Of a DNA stretch of 64,000 nt, positions 18,207 through 28,773 are shown piece by piece. The DNA comes from Herminiimonas sp. (GTDB lineage: Bacteria; Pseudomonadota; Gammaproteobacteria; Burkholderiales; Burkholderiaceae_D). The position numbers and the translations under genes were made by a program. The notes under the pieces are model-generated. The model was not told where the DNA came from. It made no database searches and saw only the letters and a list, made by a program, of their open reading frames with translations. Location of the stretch: the NCBI GenBank assembly GCA_028292665.1, contig JAQGLW010000074.1, forward strand, positions 314 through 64,313. The letters run 5' to 3'. Within the stretch, counting starts at the first letter, position 1. Each line of letters starts with the position of its first letter.

Positions 18207-19889
18207 ATGACCCAGAGCCAAACCCAAAGCATTCTCGAACAATATGGCCCGCGCGAAGCGATGGAATACGACGTTGTCATCGTCGGCGGCGGTCCGGCGG
18301 GTTTGTCGGCTGCAATCAGGCTCAAGCAGCTGGCGGCCGACAAAGGCAATGAAGTTTCCGTCTGCGTGCTTGAAAAAGGCGGCGAGCTCGGCGCCCATAT
18401 CCTGTCCGGCGCCGTCATGGATCCGATCGCGATCAACGAACTGTTCCCGGACTGGAAAGAGCGGGGCGCGCCGCTCAATACTCCCGTCAGCGAAGACCGC
18501 TTGCTGTTCCTCACCGAATCCAGGGCATTGAAGACACCGGCATGGATGCTGCCCGGCTGTTTCCGGAATCATGGCAATTACATCGTGTCGCTGGCCAACG
18601 TGGTGCGCTGGCTGGGTGTACAGGCAGAAGCGCTCGGCGTGGAAGTATTTCCCGGCTTTCCGGCAGCCGAAATCCTGTACAACGACGATGATTCGGTCAA
18701 AGGCGTTGCGACCGGCAACATGGGCGTCGACCGCCATGGCAATCCGACCGATGCGTTCCAGCTCGGCATGGAACTGCATGCCAAATACACGCTTTTTGCC
18801 GAAGGCGCACGCGGTCACCTGGGCAAGCAGTTGATCGCCAAATTCAATCTCGACAAAGACAAGGATCCGCAAACCTACGGCATCGGCATCAAGGAATTGT
18901 GGGAAATCGATCCGAAGCTGCACCAGCCCGGCCTGGTGATCCACACTGCCGGCTGGCCGCTCGATACCAGAACCTATGGCGGCTCGTTTCTCTATCATCT
19001 GGAAAATAACCAGGTCGCTGTCGGTTACGTCGTCGGCCTTGCCTATGAGAATCCATACTTGTCGCCGTATGAAGAATTCCAGCGCTACAAGACTCATCCG
19101 GAAATCCGCAAGTTCTTCGAAGGAGGCAAGCGCATCTCGTATGGCGCCCGTGCGATTACCGCAGGCGGTTTGCAATCGCTGCCCAAGCTGGCCTTCCCGG
19201 GCGGCGCCCTGCTCGGCTGCGATGCCGGCTTTTTGAATGCCAGCCGCATCAAAGGCAGCCACGCGGCGATGAAGACGGGCATGCTGGCAGCCGAAGCCGC
19301 GTTCGCCGCGCTGGGCGCCGATCGCCGATACGACGTACTGACCGAGTATGCAGCTGCCTTTGAAAAATCCTGGCTGCATGAAGAGCTGCACAAGGCGCGC
19401 AACTTCAAGCCGTGGATGAACAAGGGACTCTACACCGGCACGCTGATGGTCGGCATCGACCAGATCGTCTTCCGCGGCAAGGCGCCGTGGACGCTGCATC
19501 ATGCCCATGCCGACCATGAATGCCTGAAGCCGGCCGCCGAATGCACACCGATCGCCTATCCGAAGCCGGACGGCAAGATCACGTTCGACCGCCTGTCGTC
19601 GGTGTTCATCTCCAACACCAATCACGCGGAAGACCAGCCGGTGCATCTGACGCTGAAGGATCCGACGATACCGGTGCGGATCAATCTGGACATCTATGCA
19701 GGTCCGGAGGCGCGTTACTGCCCGGCCGGGGTGTATGAATTCGTGAAGGCGGACGACGGTGCGGAACGGTTGCAGATCAATGCGCAGAACTGCGTGCATT
19801 GCAAGACCTGCGACATCAAGGATCCGACGCAGAATATCGTGTGGGTGGCGCCGGAAGGCGGCGGCGGACCGAATTATCCGAATATGTAA
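18207..19889 (+). CDS. electron-transfer flavoprotein:ubiquinone oxidoreductase
   Basis: 560 aa with an FAD motif ([14 protein letters not shown]) and a C-terminal 4Fe-4S region ([12 protein letters not shown]...[12 protein letters not shown]). Confidence 0.95.
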   Translation: MTQSQTQSILEQYGPREAMEYDVVIVGGGPAGLSAAIRLKQLAADKGNEVSVCVLEKGGELGAHILSGAVMDPIAINELFPDWKERGAPLNTPVSEDRLLFLTESRALKTPAWMLPGCFRNHGNYIVSLANVVRWLGVQAEALGVEVFPGFPAAEILYNDDDSVKGVATGNMGVDRHGNPTDAFQLGMELHAKYTLFAEGARGHLGKQLIAKFNLDKDKDPQTYGIGIKELWEIDPKLHQPGLVIHTAGWPLDTRTYGGSFLYHLENNQVAVGYVVGLAYENPYLSPYEEFQRYKTHPEIRKFFEGGKRISYGARAITAGGLQSLPKLAFPGGALLGCDAGFLNASRIKGSHAAMKTGMLAAEAAFAALGADRRYDVLTEYAAAFEKSWLHEELHKARNFKPWMNKGLYTGTLMVGIDQIVFRGKAPWTLHHAHADHECLKPAAECTPIAYPKPDGKITFDRLSSVFISNTNHAEDQPVHLTLKDPTIPVRINLDIYAGPEARYCPAGVYEFVKADDGAERLQINAQNCVHCKTCDIKDPTQNIVWVAPEGGGGPNYPNM

Positions 19890-19895
19890 ATTGAA

Positions 19896-19921
19896 AGAGC
19901 CGCAATCGCGGCTCTTTTTTC
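19896..19921 (+). terminator. rho-independent terminator of the ETF-QO gene
   Basis: AGAGCCGC-aatc-GCGGCTCT followed by TTTTTT. Confidence 0.75.
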
Positions 19922-19944
19922 ATCCGGCGGATCGGATTCAGCGA

Positions 19945-20502
19945 TTAAAAAGTCCACTGTCCTGTCATGATTTTCTCCAGCCAGAAAGTACCGATCACGG
20001 TTTTCACATCGGTGATCTTCCCTTCTCTTATCCAGGTCAACATTTCGTCAACAGATGCCGTGAGCGTTTCCAGAAACTCGCCGTCGTCAAGCTGACTTTT
20101 GCCTGCGGTCAATCCGCGCGCGACGAAGATATCAAGATGTTCATCCGAATAGGCGATGGCATTATGAATGGTGCAGATGAATTTCCAGTCGATTGCGGTA
20201 TAACCGGTTTCCTCCAGCAGCTCACGCTTGGCGCAAGCGAGCGGCTCTTCGCCCTGATCAATTTTCCCCGCCGGGAATTCAATGAAGACCTGATTGAGAG
20301 GATAACGGAACTGTCGCTCCACCAATACAGTGCCATCGTCGAATAAAGGCAGAATAACCACTGCGCCGGGATGCGTGATGTATTCACGTATTGCGGTTTT
20401 ACCGTCCGGCAAACAGACATCGTCGCGCCGGACTTTGAGGAAATGACCATCGTAGGCAAGCTTGCTCTCGATTTTGGTTTCTTTCAGATGCATGTCTTTC
20501 AT
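19945..20502 (-). CDS. NUDIX hydrolase (ADP-ribose pyrophosphatase-like)
   Basis: The internal ATG gives MKDMHLKETKIES.... The Nudix box is GKIDQGEEPLACAKRELLEETGY. The upstream part of the 261-aa track ORF is Cys/Ser-rich and non-protein-like. Confidence 0.85.
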   Translation of the reverse strand: MKDMHLKETKIESKLAYDGHFLKVRRDDVCLPDGKTAIREYITHPGAVVILPLFDDGTVLVERQFRYPLNQVFIEFPAGKIDQGEEPLACAKRELLEETGYTAIDWKFICTIHNAIAYSDEHLDIFVARGLTAGKSQLDDGEFLETLTASVDEMLTWIREGKITDVKTVIGTFWLEKIMTGQWTF

Positions 20503-20557
20503 CCACAAACTCCGAGAAAGATTGATATGCCGATTTGCGGCGCCGGCCGGATGAATC

Positions 20558-20866
20558 TCAGCCGTGCTGTTTGCGCAAATAGCGGAAGACGAATCCAGGA
20601 TAGGCCAGCACGATAAACATGCACGCTGTGATCGCGTAAAACTCCCAGCCCTGGGTAAAGGTATTGCCGATATGCGATTCAAGCAGATAAGCGATGCCGC
20701 CGACCAGGGCATACAGCATGAACATTTCAAGCAAACGCAGCCAAAACGGTTTGGCCGTCATTCTTTTTACAGGAACCAACGCGAATAGCCGTTCGTTTAC
20801 AAACGGCAGGTTGGCGGCCAGTACCGCCAACAGGATCACGAACCAGCCTGACAGGGAGACATCCAT
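20558..20866 (-). CDS. small multi-pass membrane protein (DUF2818-like) downstream of nuoN
   Basis: 102 aa with three hydrophobic helices. From memory, a small membrane protein of this family commonly follows nuoN in Burkholderiales; this is not verified. Confidence 0.6.
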   Translation of the reverse strand: MDVSLSGWFVILLAVLAANLPFVNERLFALVPVKRMTAKPFWLRLLEMFMLYALVGGIAYLLESHIGNTFTQGWEFYAITACMFIVLAYPGFVFRYLRKQHG

Positions 20867-20892
20867 CGGAAGTTATATCGAAGTCGCAGGAT

Positions 20893-22380
20893 TCAAGACG
20901 CGAGCGTCCTGACGATTGCAGTAACGCATGCAGCCATCAACGGACCGGGAAGCAAACCCAGCAAGACGATCGCCGCGCCATTGATGCTCAGCGCAATCTG
21001 CATATCCTTGTTGACGATGATGTCCGCAGTATCGACAGGATCATCGAAATACATCAACTTGATGACGCGCAGATAATAAAACGCGCCGATCAGCGAAAAC
21101 AGCACCGATACGACAGCCAGCCATATCTGTCCGGTGCCCAGCACCGCCTGCAGCACCGACAGCTTCGCATAGAAACCGACCATCGGCGGCACACCGGCCA
21201 GAGACAGCAGCAAAATCATCATGACCGCAGCGAACCATGGACTGCGCTGGTTCAAGCCTTTGAAGTCATCCAGATTTTCCGCCTCGAACCCGGATCGCGC
21301 AAGCAGCATGATGACGCCGAACGTGCCCAGCGTCGTCAGTACATAGGTAATCGAATAGAACATCGCCGAGCTGTATGCATTCGCGGCAGAAGCTATATTG
21401 CTGCCGCTGAAGACGCCGGACAAAAGGCCGAGCAACAGGAAACCCGTCTGTGAAATCGTCGAGTACGCCAGCATCCGCTTCAGGTTCGTCTGCGCAATTG
21501 CGGTGAGATTGCCGATTGCCATCGACAATACGGCAAGCACGGTAATCATCTGCTGCCAGTCGACTGCCAGCGACCACAGGCCTTCCACCAGCAAACGGAT
21601 GCAGATTGCAAACGTGGCGAGCTTCGGTGCGGCGCCCAGCAGCAGAGTCACGGCAGTCGGGGCACCTTGATAAACATCGGGCACCCACATGTGAAACGGC
21701 GCGGCGCCCAGCTTGAATGCAAGGCCGGCAACCAGGAACACCACACCGAACACCAGCACCGTCTTGTTTACCGTACCGGATGCGGTTGCCTTGGCGACTT
21801 CGGTCAGATCGAGCGAGCCGGTCGCGCCGTACAGCATCGATATGCCATACAGCAAAAAGCCGGACGCCATTGCACCCAGGATGAAATACTTCATCGCGGC
21901 TTCAGTCGATATCGCATGCTCGCGACGCAAGGCGACCAATGCATACAGGGACAAGGACATCAACTCCAGGCCAAGGTAAATGATCAGGAAATTATTGCCT
22001 GACATCATCACCATCTGGCCGAGCAGCGAAAACAGCGCGAGCGCGTAAAACTCTCCGCCGAGATTGCCGCTGAGCATGCCGCGGGCAGTCGCATACTGGC
22101 GCGAATAGATCAATGTCAGGCCGACCGCCAGATATGAAAACAATTTCAGCAGGTTCGACATCGGATCGGACAGGAACATGTTGTGGAACGTATAGCTGGT
22201 CGCTCCGGTATTGAAATCCGACATGGTCAGCACAGCGCAAATCACCAGCGTTGCCATCGACAACGCATAGGTAATGCCGCGTTTCGCGTCCGACAGGAAC
22301 ATGTCGATCAGCAGGATCGCGGACGCTGCAACCAGCAGAAAAATTTCCGGATAAACCGGTATGAGGTTTATGTTATTCAT
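20893..22380 (-). CDS. nuoN: NADH-quinone oxidoreductase subunit N
   Basis: 495-aa antiporter-like polytopic protein, last gene of the nuo operon. Confidence 0.95.
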   Translation of the reverse strand: MNNINLIPVYPEIFLLVAASAILLIDMFLSDAKRGITYALSMATLVICAVLTMSDFNTGATSYTFHNMFLSDPMSNLLKLFSYLAVGLTLIYSRQYATARGMLSGNLGGEFYALALFSLLGQMVMMSGNNFLIIYLGLELMSLSLYALVALRREHAISTEAAMKYFILGAMASGFLLYGISMLYGATGSLDLTEVAKATASGTVNKTVLVFGVVFLVAGLAFKLGAAPFHMWVPDVYQGAPTAVTLLLGAAPKLATFAICIRLLVEGLWSLAVDWQQMITVLAVLSMAIGNLTAIAQTNLKRMLAYSTISQTGFLLLGLLSGVFSGSNIASAANAYSSAMFYSITYVLTTLGTFGVIMLLARSGFEAENLDDFKGLNQRSPWFAAVMMILLLSLAGVPPMVGFYAKLSVLQAVLGTGQIWLAVVSVLFSLIGAFYYLRVIKLMYFDDPVDTADIIVNKDMQIALSINGAAIVLLGLLPGPLMAACVTAIVRTLAS

Positions 22381-22417
22381 TTCGTCGCCGCTTTATGTAC
22401 GTTCGCCATGGCGTTCA

Positions 22418-23908
22418 TCAATTCAATTTTGAAACCGCGACATGCTTCAGCAAATCCGTAACGGAAGTCTGCATCGCATCGGTGAACGGCGCAGGATACA
22501 GGCCCATTGCGATCACCGCGATTGCCAGCACGCCAAGCATGAAAAATTCGCGTTTATCAAGATCCTTGAGTTGTGCGACATGCGCATTGCCGACCGGGCC
22601 GAACACCACGCGCTTTACCAGCCACAACGAATAGGCGGCACCGAAAATCAGCGCCGTCGCGGCCAGCAAGCCAATCCAGAAATTGAATTTGACCGCGCCC
22701 AGAATCACCATGAATTCGCCGACGAAACCCGAGGTTGCAGGCAAGCCGCAATTGGCCAGCGAGAACAGCACGAAGAACGCGGCGAATTTCGGCATCGTAT
22801 TCACGACGCCGCCGTAATCTGCTATCTGACGCGAATGCATGCGGTCGTACAATACGCCGATACACAAAAACATCGCGCCCGACACGAAACCGTGTGAAAT
22901 CATCTGGACAACGCCACCCTCCACCGACATGTCGTTGAACATGAAGAAACCGAGCGTGGCGAAACCCATGTGGGCGATTGAAGAATAGGCAACCAGCTTC
23001 TTCATGTCAGTCTGCACCAGCGCCACCAGGCCGATATAGATCACGGCGATCAGCGACAGCGTGATGATGAAACCGGACAGATAGTGGCTGGCGTCCGGCG
23101 TGATCGGCAGCGAGAAGCGCAGGAAACCGTATCCTCCCAGCTTCAGCATGATCGCAGCCAGCACGACCGAGCCGCCGGTCGGCGCTTCAACGTGCGCATC
23201 CGGCAGCCATGTATGCACCGGCCACATCGGAACCTTGACGGCGAATGCCATCAGGAACGACAGGAAAATAAGCACTTGCGCGGAAAACGGCAGCGGCAGC
23301 TTGTGCCAGGCCAGAATATCGAAACTGCCGCCCGACTTGAAGTACAGGTACAGAAGCGCAACCAGCATCAACAGCGAACCCAGGAAGGTGTACAGGAAGA
23401 ACTTGACCGCGGCGTAGACGCGATTCGCTCCGCCCCAGACACCGATGATGATGAACATCGGAATCAGCGTCGCTTCGAAAAATACATAGAACAGCAACCC
23501 GTCGAGTGCGCAGAATACGCCGATCATCAGACCGGACAAGATCAGGAAAGCGCCCATGTACTGGGATACCTTCTTTTCAATCACTTTCCATCCTGCGATC
23601 ACGACAATGACGGTGATCAAAGCCGTCAATGGGATGAACCATAGCGACAGGCCATCGATGCCGAGAGAATAGAAAATATTGAAGCGGCCGATCCACGCCT
23701 GCTTTTCGACGAACTGCATGCCGTGCGCCGCGTTGTCGAAATGCTGAATCAGAGGCAGGGTAATCAGAAAGCTGACAATCGAGCCTAGGAGCGATATGCC
23801 TCGAACCAGGGCAGGATTGTCGTCGCGTCCGCATGCCAGAACGAAAATGCCGAATGCGATCGGCAACCAGATCGCCAGGCTGAGTAAAGGGAAAGTTGAC
23901 TGCATCAT
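22418..23908 (-). CDS. nuoM: NADH-quinone oxidoreductase subunit M
   Basis: 496-aa antiporter-like subunit; operon position. Confidence 0.95.
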   Translation of the reverse strand: MMQSTFPLLSLAIWLPIAFGIFVLACGRDDNPALVRGISLLGSIVSFLITLPLIQHFDNAAHGMQFVEKQAWIGRFNIFYSLGIDGLSLWFIPLTALITVIVVIAGWKVIEKKVSQYMGAFLILSGLMIGVFCALDGLLFYVFFEATLIPMFIIIGVWGGANRVYAAVKFFLYTFLGSLLMLVALLYLYFKSGGSFDILAWHKLPLPFSAQVLIFLSFLMAFAVKVPMWPVHTWLPDAHVEAPTGGSVVLAAIMLKLGGYGFLRFSLPITPDASHYLSGFIITLSLIAVIYIGLVALVQTDMKKLVAYSSIAHMGFATLGFFMFNDMSVEGGVVQMISHGFVSGAMFLCIGVLYDRMHSRQIADYGGVVNTMPKFAAFFVLFSLANCGLPATSGFVGEFMVILGAVKFNFWIGLLAATALIFGAAYSLWLVKRVVFGPVGNAHVAQLKDLDKREFFMLGVLAIAVIAMGLYPAPFTDAMQTSVTDLLKHVAVSKLN

Positions 23909-23931
23909 ATTTTTGTTTTACCGACTCGCCG

Positions 23932-25977
23932 TTATTTCATGTAAGGAAGCAGCACCAGATAGCCCAGGTACAAGGCAATACCGAGGATCATCGTAAAAGC
24001 ATAGTGATAGATATAGCCGGTCTGAAACGTCCGTGCGATGGTCGAGAACCAGCCGACCAGCTTCGCGCTGCCATTGACAATCAGACCGTCGATCAAGGTT
24101 CTGTCGCCGAAATTCCACAAACCGCCTCCCAGCAACCGTGCGCCTCCGGCGAAGACAACGTCATTGAACTTGTCCATGTAATACTTGTTGTCGAGCAGTG
24201 CATAGAGCGCATGGAATTTGCTGTAGAACCATGCCGGCACTTTCGGATTCACCATGTAGCAGTAATACGCCGACACGACACCGGCCAGGGCCAGCATGAA
24301 CGGCATTGACGTGAAGGCATGCAGTCCCATTGCCGATGCGCCATGAAATTCCCTGGCGAGCTCTTCCATCGCATGATGCGATTCACCGACGAAAATAACG
24401 CCCTTGAAAAAATCGCCGTACAGCATCGGCCCGATCGTGACGTAGCCGATGATTACGGAAGGAATCGCCAGCAGGATCAGCGGCAGCGTGATGACCCAAG
24501 GCGCTTCATGAGGTTTTTCGCCGGGTGCAAGGCCGTGATGATGTTCGTCTGCAAGCTCGTCATGACTGTGATTCTGATGCTCATCATGGTGCGGTTTTCC
24601 GAAACGCTCTTCCCCGTGGAATACCAGGAAATACATCCGGAACGAATAGAAGGCGGTCACGAACACGCCGGCGAGTACCGCGAAACCGGCAAAACCGGCA
24701 CCGGCGATATGGCTGTTATGCACCGTTTCGATAATGCTGTCTTTCGAATAAAACCCCGAGAAGAACGGCGTGCCGATCAATGCCAGCGAACCGAGCAGCG
24801 ACGTGATCCAGGTGATCGGCATGTACTTGCGCAAGCCGCCCATGTTCCGGATGTCCTGATCGTGATGCATGCCGATGATGACCGCACCTGCCGCAAGGAA
24901 CAGCAAGGCCTTGAAGAATGCGTGGGTCATCAGGTGGAACACGGCGACCGAATAAGCGGATGCGCCGAGAGCCACTGTCATGTAGCCCAATTGCGACAGC
25001 GTCGAATACGCCACCACGCGCTTGATGTCGTTCTGGATAATTCCGAGAAAGCCCATGAACAGCGCGGTGATCGAGCCGATTATCAGCACGAACGACAATG
25101 CCGTATCGGACAATTCGAACAACGGCGACATCCGCGCCACCATGAAGATGCCTGCGGTGACCATCGTGGCCGCATGAATCAATGCGGAAATCGGGGTGGG
25201 ACCTTCCATCGAATCCGGCAGCCAGACATGCAGCGGAAACTGCGCCGATTTCCCCATCGCGCCGATGAAAAGGCAAATGCAGACGACCGTCGGCAACATC
25301 CAGTCGGTACCCGGCAAGACCAGATGGGCGAGCGCTTCCCTTTTAGCGAACACTTCTGCGTAATTCATCGAGCCGGCAAATGCGAACAGCAGGCCGATGC
25401 CGAGGATGAAACCGAAGTCGCCGACACGATTCACCAGGAAGGCCTTCATGTTGGCGAAGATCGCGCTCGGCTTGGTGTACCAGAAACCGATCAGCAGGTA
25501 GGAAACCAGGCCGACCGCTTCCCAGCCGAAGAACAATTGCAGGAAGTTGTTGCTCATTACGAGCATCAGCATCGAGAAGGTAAACAGGGAGATGTAAGCG
25601 AAGAAGCGGTTATAGCCTTCGTCGTCTTTCATGTAGCCGATCGTATAGATATGCACCATCAGCGACACGAAGCTCACCACGCACATCATCATCGCCGTCA
25701 GGCTGTCGATCAGGAAACCGACCTCAAGCTTGATGCCGGCAACCGTCATCCAGTTATAGATGACGCCGTTGAATGTCGCGCCATCCATCACCGCCAAAAG
25801 CGTCTTGAACGAAATGACAAATGCGATCAGCACGCCCAGGATCGTCACAGTATGCGACGTGGCGCGGCCGACTTTGTTGCCGAAGAACCTGGTGCCGAAC
25901 AGGCCGGCAATCATGGAACCGGCAAGCGGCGCCAACGGTACGGCCAGAAGGAGGTTAGGGTTGAGTTGACCCGCCAT
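23932..25977 (-). CDS. nuoL: NADH-quinone oxidoreductase subunit L
   Basis: 681 aa, antiporter-like with a long C-terminal extension. Confidence 0.95.
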   Translation of the reverse strand: MAGQLNPNLLLAVPLAPLAGSMIAGLFGTRFFGNKVGRATSHTVTILGVLIAFVISFKTLLAVMDGATFNGVIYNWMTVAGIKLEVGFLIDSLTAMMMCVVSFVSLMVHIYTIGYMKDDEGYNRFFAYISLFTFSMLMLVMSNNFLQLFFGWEAVGLVSYLLIGFWYTKPSAIFANMKAFLVNRVGDFGFILGIGLLFAFAGSMNYAEVFAKREALAHLVLPGTDWMLPTVVCICLFIGAMGKSAQFPLHVWLPDSMEGPTPISALIHAATMVTAGIFMVARMSPLFELSDTALSFVLIIGSITALFMGFLGIIQNDIKRVVAYSTLSQLGYMTVALGASAYSVAVFHLMTHAFFKALLFLAAGAVIIGMHHDQDIRNMGGLRKYMPITWITSLLGSLALIGTPFFSGFYSKDSIIETVHNSHIAGAGFAGFAVLAGVFVTAFYSFRMYFLVFHGEERFGKPHHDEHQNHSHDELADEHHHGLAPGEKPHEAPWVITLPLILLAIPSVIIGYVTIGPMLYGDFFKGVIFVGESHHAMEELAREFHGASAMGLHAFTSMPFMLALAGVVSAYYCYMVNPKVPAWFYSKFHALYALLDNKYYMDKFNDVVFAGGARLLGGGLWNFGDRTLIDGLIVNGSAKLVGWFSTIARTFQTGYIYHYAFTMILGIALYLGYLVLLPYMK

Positions 25978-25990
25978 GTGATGAACCTTA

Positions 25991-26039
25991 TTTTAAATTA
26001 TTGAGAACAGAATACCGCTGCGCTTGACTCTGTCCCGCC
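25991..26039 (-). repeat. nuo intercistronic repeat, copy A (upstream of nuoL)
   Basis: ttttaaattaTTGAGAACAG-N15-GACTCTGTCCCGCc. It has the same architecture as copy B (27641-27691). Part of it forms the 9-bp hairpin CTCTGTCCC/GGGACAGAG (26028-26059). Confidence 0.6.
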
Positions 26040-26091
26040 CTGATTTGCCGGGGACAGAGTACCACCTCAAGGGTGGCTTGGCCGCTTTGCA

Positions 26092-26110
26092 TGACTCTTT
26101 CCCGCAATAC
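26092..26110 (-). repeat. nuo intercistronic repeat, partial third copy
   Basis: tgactctttcccgcaatac compared with caactctgtcccgcaatgc in copy B (16/19). Confidence 0.5.
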
Positions 26111-26117
26111 ATATCGA

Positions 26118-26426
26118 TTAACCCTTGAGACTGTCAAGGTCTTCCACATTGATGGTATCCAGATTGCGGAACAGCACCACCAGGATGGCGAGACCGATCG
26201 CGGACTCCGCGGCAGCCACAGTGAGGATGAAGAAAACGAAAATCTGTCCGGCCGCATCCCCCAGGTAATACGAGAAAGCGATGAAATTCATGTTGACCGC
26301 CAATAGCATCAGTTCGATCGCCATCAACAGGATGATGATGTTTTTACGATTCAGAAAAATGCCGACGATGGAAATCGCGAACAGGATCGCGCCGAGGATC
26401 AGGTAGTGTGCAAGCGTTAAGGTCAC
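26118..26426 (-). CDS. nuoK: NADH-quinone oxidoreductase subunit K
   Basis: 102 aa, [29 protein letters not shown].... Confidence 0.95.
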   Translation of the reverse strand: MTLTLAHYLILGAILFAISIVGIFLNRKNIIILLMAIELMLLAVNMNFIAFSYYLGDAAGQIFVFFILTVAAAESAIGLAILVVLFRNLDTINVEDLDSLKG

Positions 26427-26437
26427 CGGGCTCTTCC

Positions 26438-27082
26438 TTATTTTCGTTCTGCTGCCGGAGCGGCGGGCAGCGGGTTGCGTGCGCCGCGCTCGGACTCGGT
26501 CTTCATGCTGACGATCCGGATGCGGTCGCTGCTCCTGACCTTGACTGCCGCAGCCGGGTCGAAATATTTGCTGTCCTTGCGGCGGCGAAGCGTCAGTGCA
26601 ACGGCGGCGACAATCGCGACCAGCAATACGACTGCAGCGATTTCAAAGGCATACACATACTGGGTGTAAATCAGCTTGCCCAGTTCCTTGGTATTGCCGA
26701 TATTGCCGGACGCAGCCGGAACCTGCGCATCCATTTTCAGGAACCCGCGGAACAAAACGGCAGCCATTTCGAGTACGATAATGACGCCGATCGTTGCGGC
26801 AAAGGGAAAGTAGCCCCAGAATCCTTCGCGCATCTTGTCCATGTTGATATCCAGCATCATTACCACGAACAGGAACAGCACCATGACCGCGCCGACGTAG
26901 ACCAGCACGAGGACGATTGCGAGAAATTCCGCCTTCAGCAACATCCAGATCGCGGCTGCCGAAAAAAAGGACAGTACGAGGAACAATGCCGCATGGACCG
27001 GATTGCGATCCGTGATGACGCGGGTCGCGGCGAAAATCAATATCGCCGAGAACGCGTAGAACAATACAGTTTTAAATTCCAT
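26438..27082 (-). CDS. nuoJ: NADH-quinone oxidoreductase subunit J
   Basis: 214 aa with the conserved N-terminal TM core and a variable C-terminal tail. Confidence 0.93.
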   Translation of the reverse strand: MEFKTVLFYAFSAILIFAATRVITDRNPVHAALFLVLSFFSAAAIWMLLKAEFLAIVLVLVYVGAVMVLFLFVVMMLDINMDKMREGFWGYFPFAATIGVIIVLEMAAVLFRGFLKMDAQVPAASGNIGNTKELGKLIYTQYVYAFEIAAVVLLVAIVAAVALTLRRRKDSKYFDPAAAVKVRSSDRIRIVSMKTESERGARNPLPAAPAAERK

Positions 27083-27138
27083 AATGGACCAAAAATATCG
27101 GCTGAAGGCTATAGGTCAACCCGGCCATGGTAATTAAA

Positions 27139-27627
27139 TCAGCGATACGGCGCATCTGCCGCACGATTCGCTGCGATTTCTTTTTCATAACGGTCACCGA
27201 CGGCCAGCAGCATTTCCTTGGTGTAGTACAGATCGCCGCGCTTCTCGCCGTGATATTCCAGGACATGCGTCTCGACGATCGAATCCACCGGACAGGACTC
27301 CTCGCAGAAACCGCAGAAAATGCATTTTGTCAGGTCGATGTCGTATCGGGTCGTCCGGCGCGATCCGTCTTCACGCTGCTCCGATTCAATCGTGATCGCC
27401 AATGCCGGGCAGACCGCTTCGCATAGCTTGCAGGCGATACAGCGTTCTTCCCCGTTCGGATAGCGGCGCAGCGCATGCAGCCCGCGGAAACGCGGCGACT
27501 GCGGCGTTTTTTCTTCCGGAAACTGCACCGTGATCTTGCGGGCGAACATGTACCGTCCGGTCAGCGCCAGACCTTTGAACAACTCTCGGAGCATCAAGCT
27601 GCCGAAAAAATCTTTAATGGCTTCCAT
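27139..27627 (-). CDS. nuoI: NADH-quinone oxidoreductase subunit I
   Basis: 162 aa with two CxxCxxCxxxCP ferredoxin motifs. Confidence 0.96.
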   Translation of the reverse strand: MEAIKDFFGSLMLRELFKGLALTGRYMFARKITVQFPEEKTPQSPRFRGLHALRRYPNGEERCIACKLCEAVCPALAITIESEQREDGSRRTTRYDIDLTKCIFCGFCEESCPVDSIVETHVLEYHGEKRGDLYYTKEMLLAVGDRYEKEIAANRAADAPYR

Positions 27628-27640
27628 TAGCGATCAGCCT

Positions 27641-27691
27641 CTTTAATTTGTTGAGAACAGTGCGCGGTTGCGTCAACTCTGTCCCGCAATG
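27641..27691 (-). repeat. nuo intercistronic repeat, copy B (upstream of nuoI)
   Basis: tttaatttgTTGAGAACAG-N14-AACTCTGTCCCGCaatgc, located in the 69-nt nuoH-nuoI spacer. Confidence 0.6.
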
Positions 27692-27696
27692 CTTGA

Positions 27697-28773
27697 CTAT
27701 TTCCAGATATTCCACGGCGTCTGCATCCACACAGCCACGATCAACAGATAGGCCAGCGTAAGCGGAATGAATACTTTCCAGCCCAGACGCATGATCTGAT
27801 CGTAGCGATAACGCGGGAACGACGCGCGCACCCAGATGAACATCGATACGACGACAAAGGTTTTAACCCCCAGCCAGATCCAGCCCGGTACCCAATTCAG
27901 CAAAACCGAATTGAGCGGCGCGCTCCATCCGCCCAGGAACATCAGCGATGCAAGTGCGGAAATCAGGATCATGTTCGCGTATTCCGCGAGGAAGAACATC
28001 GCGAACGACATGCCCGAATATTCCACCATATGGCCCGCCACGATCTCGGATTCGCCTTCGACGACGTCGAACGGGTGGCGATTGGTTTCCGCAATGCCGG
28101 AAATCACATAAACGAAAAACATCGGCAGCAGCGGCAGCCAGTTCCAGGACAGGAAATTCAATCCCCTGTCCGCAAAATAGCCTTGGGTCTGCACTGTCAC
28201 GATATCGGTGAAATTCAGGCTGCCGGATACCATCAGCACAATCACCAGCACGAAGCCCATCGAAATCTCGTAAGACACCATTTGAGCCGATGCGCGCATC
28301 GCACCCAGAAACGCGTACTTCGAATTGGATGCCCATCCGGCGATGATGACACCGTACACTTCCATCGACGTGATGGCCATTGCAAACAGCAGGCCGGCAT
28401 TGATGTTGGCCAGCGCTTTTTCGGGACCGAAAGGCACTACCACCCAGGCAACCAGCGCCGGCATGATCGTCATGACGGGGGCAATCACGAAAAGCGCCTT
28501 GTTTGCTTTCGCCGGAACAATAATTTCCTTGAGCAGCAACTTCAATGCGTCGGCAATCGGTTGCAACAGGCCCGCCGGGCCGACCCGGTTCGGGCCGATG
28601 CGGACATGCATCCAGCCGATCATCTTGCGTTCCCATAACGTCAGGTACGCGACGCAGGCCATGATCGGCAATACGACGCCGACGATTTTCGCGAGGTTCC
28701 AGACCAGCGGCCAGAAAAAGCCGAACATCTCCTGGCCGCCAGCGTGTATGGTCACGAGCATTTGATCCATCAT
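27697..28773 (-). CDS. nuoH: NADH-quinone oxidoreductase subunit H
   Basis: 358 aa, ...[23 protein letters not shown].... Its start overlaps the nuoG stop by 4 nt. Confidence 0.96.
   Translation of the reverse strand: MMDQMLVTIHAGGQEMFGFFWPLVWNLAKIVGVVLPIMACVAYLTLWERKMIGWMHVRIGPNRVGPAGLLQPIADALKLLLKEIIVPAKANKALFVIAPVMTIMPALVAWVVVPFGPEKALANINAGLLFAMAITSMEVYGVIIAGWASNSKYAFLGAMRASAQMVSYEISMGFVLVIVLMVSGSLNFTDIVTVQTQGYFADRGLNFLSWNWLPLLPMFFVYVISGIAETNRHPFDVVEGESEIVAGHMVEYSGMSFAMFFLAEYANMILISALASLMFLGGWSAPLNSVLLNWVPGWIWLGVKTFVVVSMFIWVRASFPRYRYDQIMRLGWKVFIPLTLAYLLIVAVWMQTPWNIWK

Noticed and set aside
18192-19799. 535-aa ORF on the minus strand, opposite the ETF-QO gene
   Set aside because: It is fully antisense to a confidently identified gene. 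Its composition is Arg/Ala/Gly/His-rich and low-complexity, typical of shadow ORFs in GC-rich coding DNA. No recognisable motifs.
24319-26004. 561-aa ORF on the plus strand, opposite nuoL
   Set aside because: Antisense shadow ORF with an extreme Arg/His/Asp/Gln composition. nuoL on the other strand is unambiguous.
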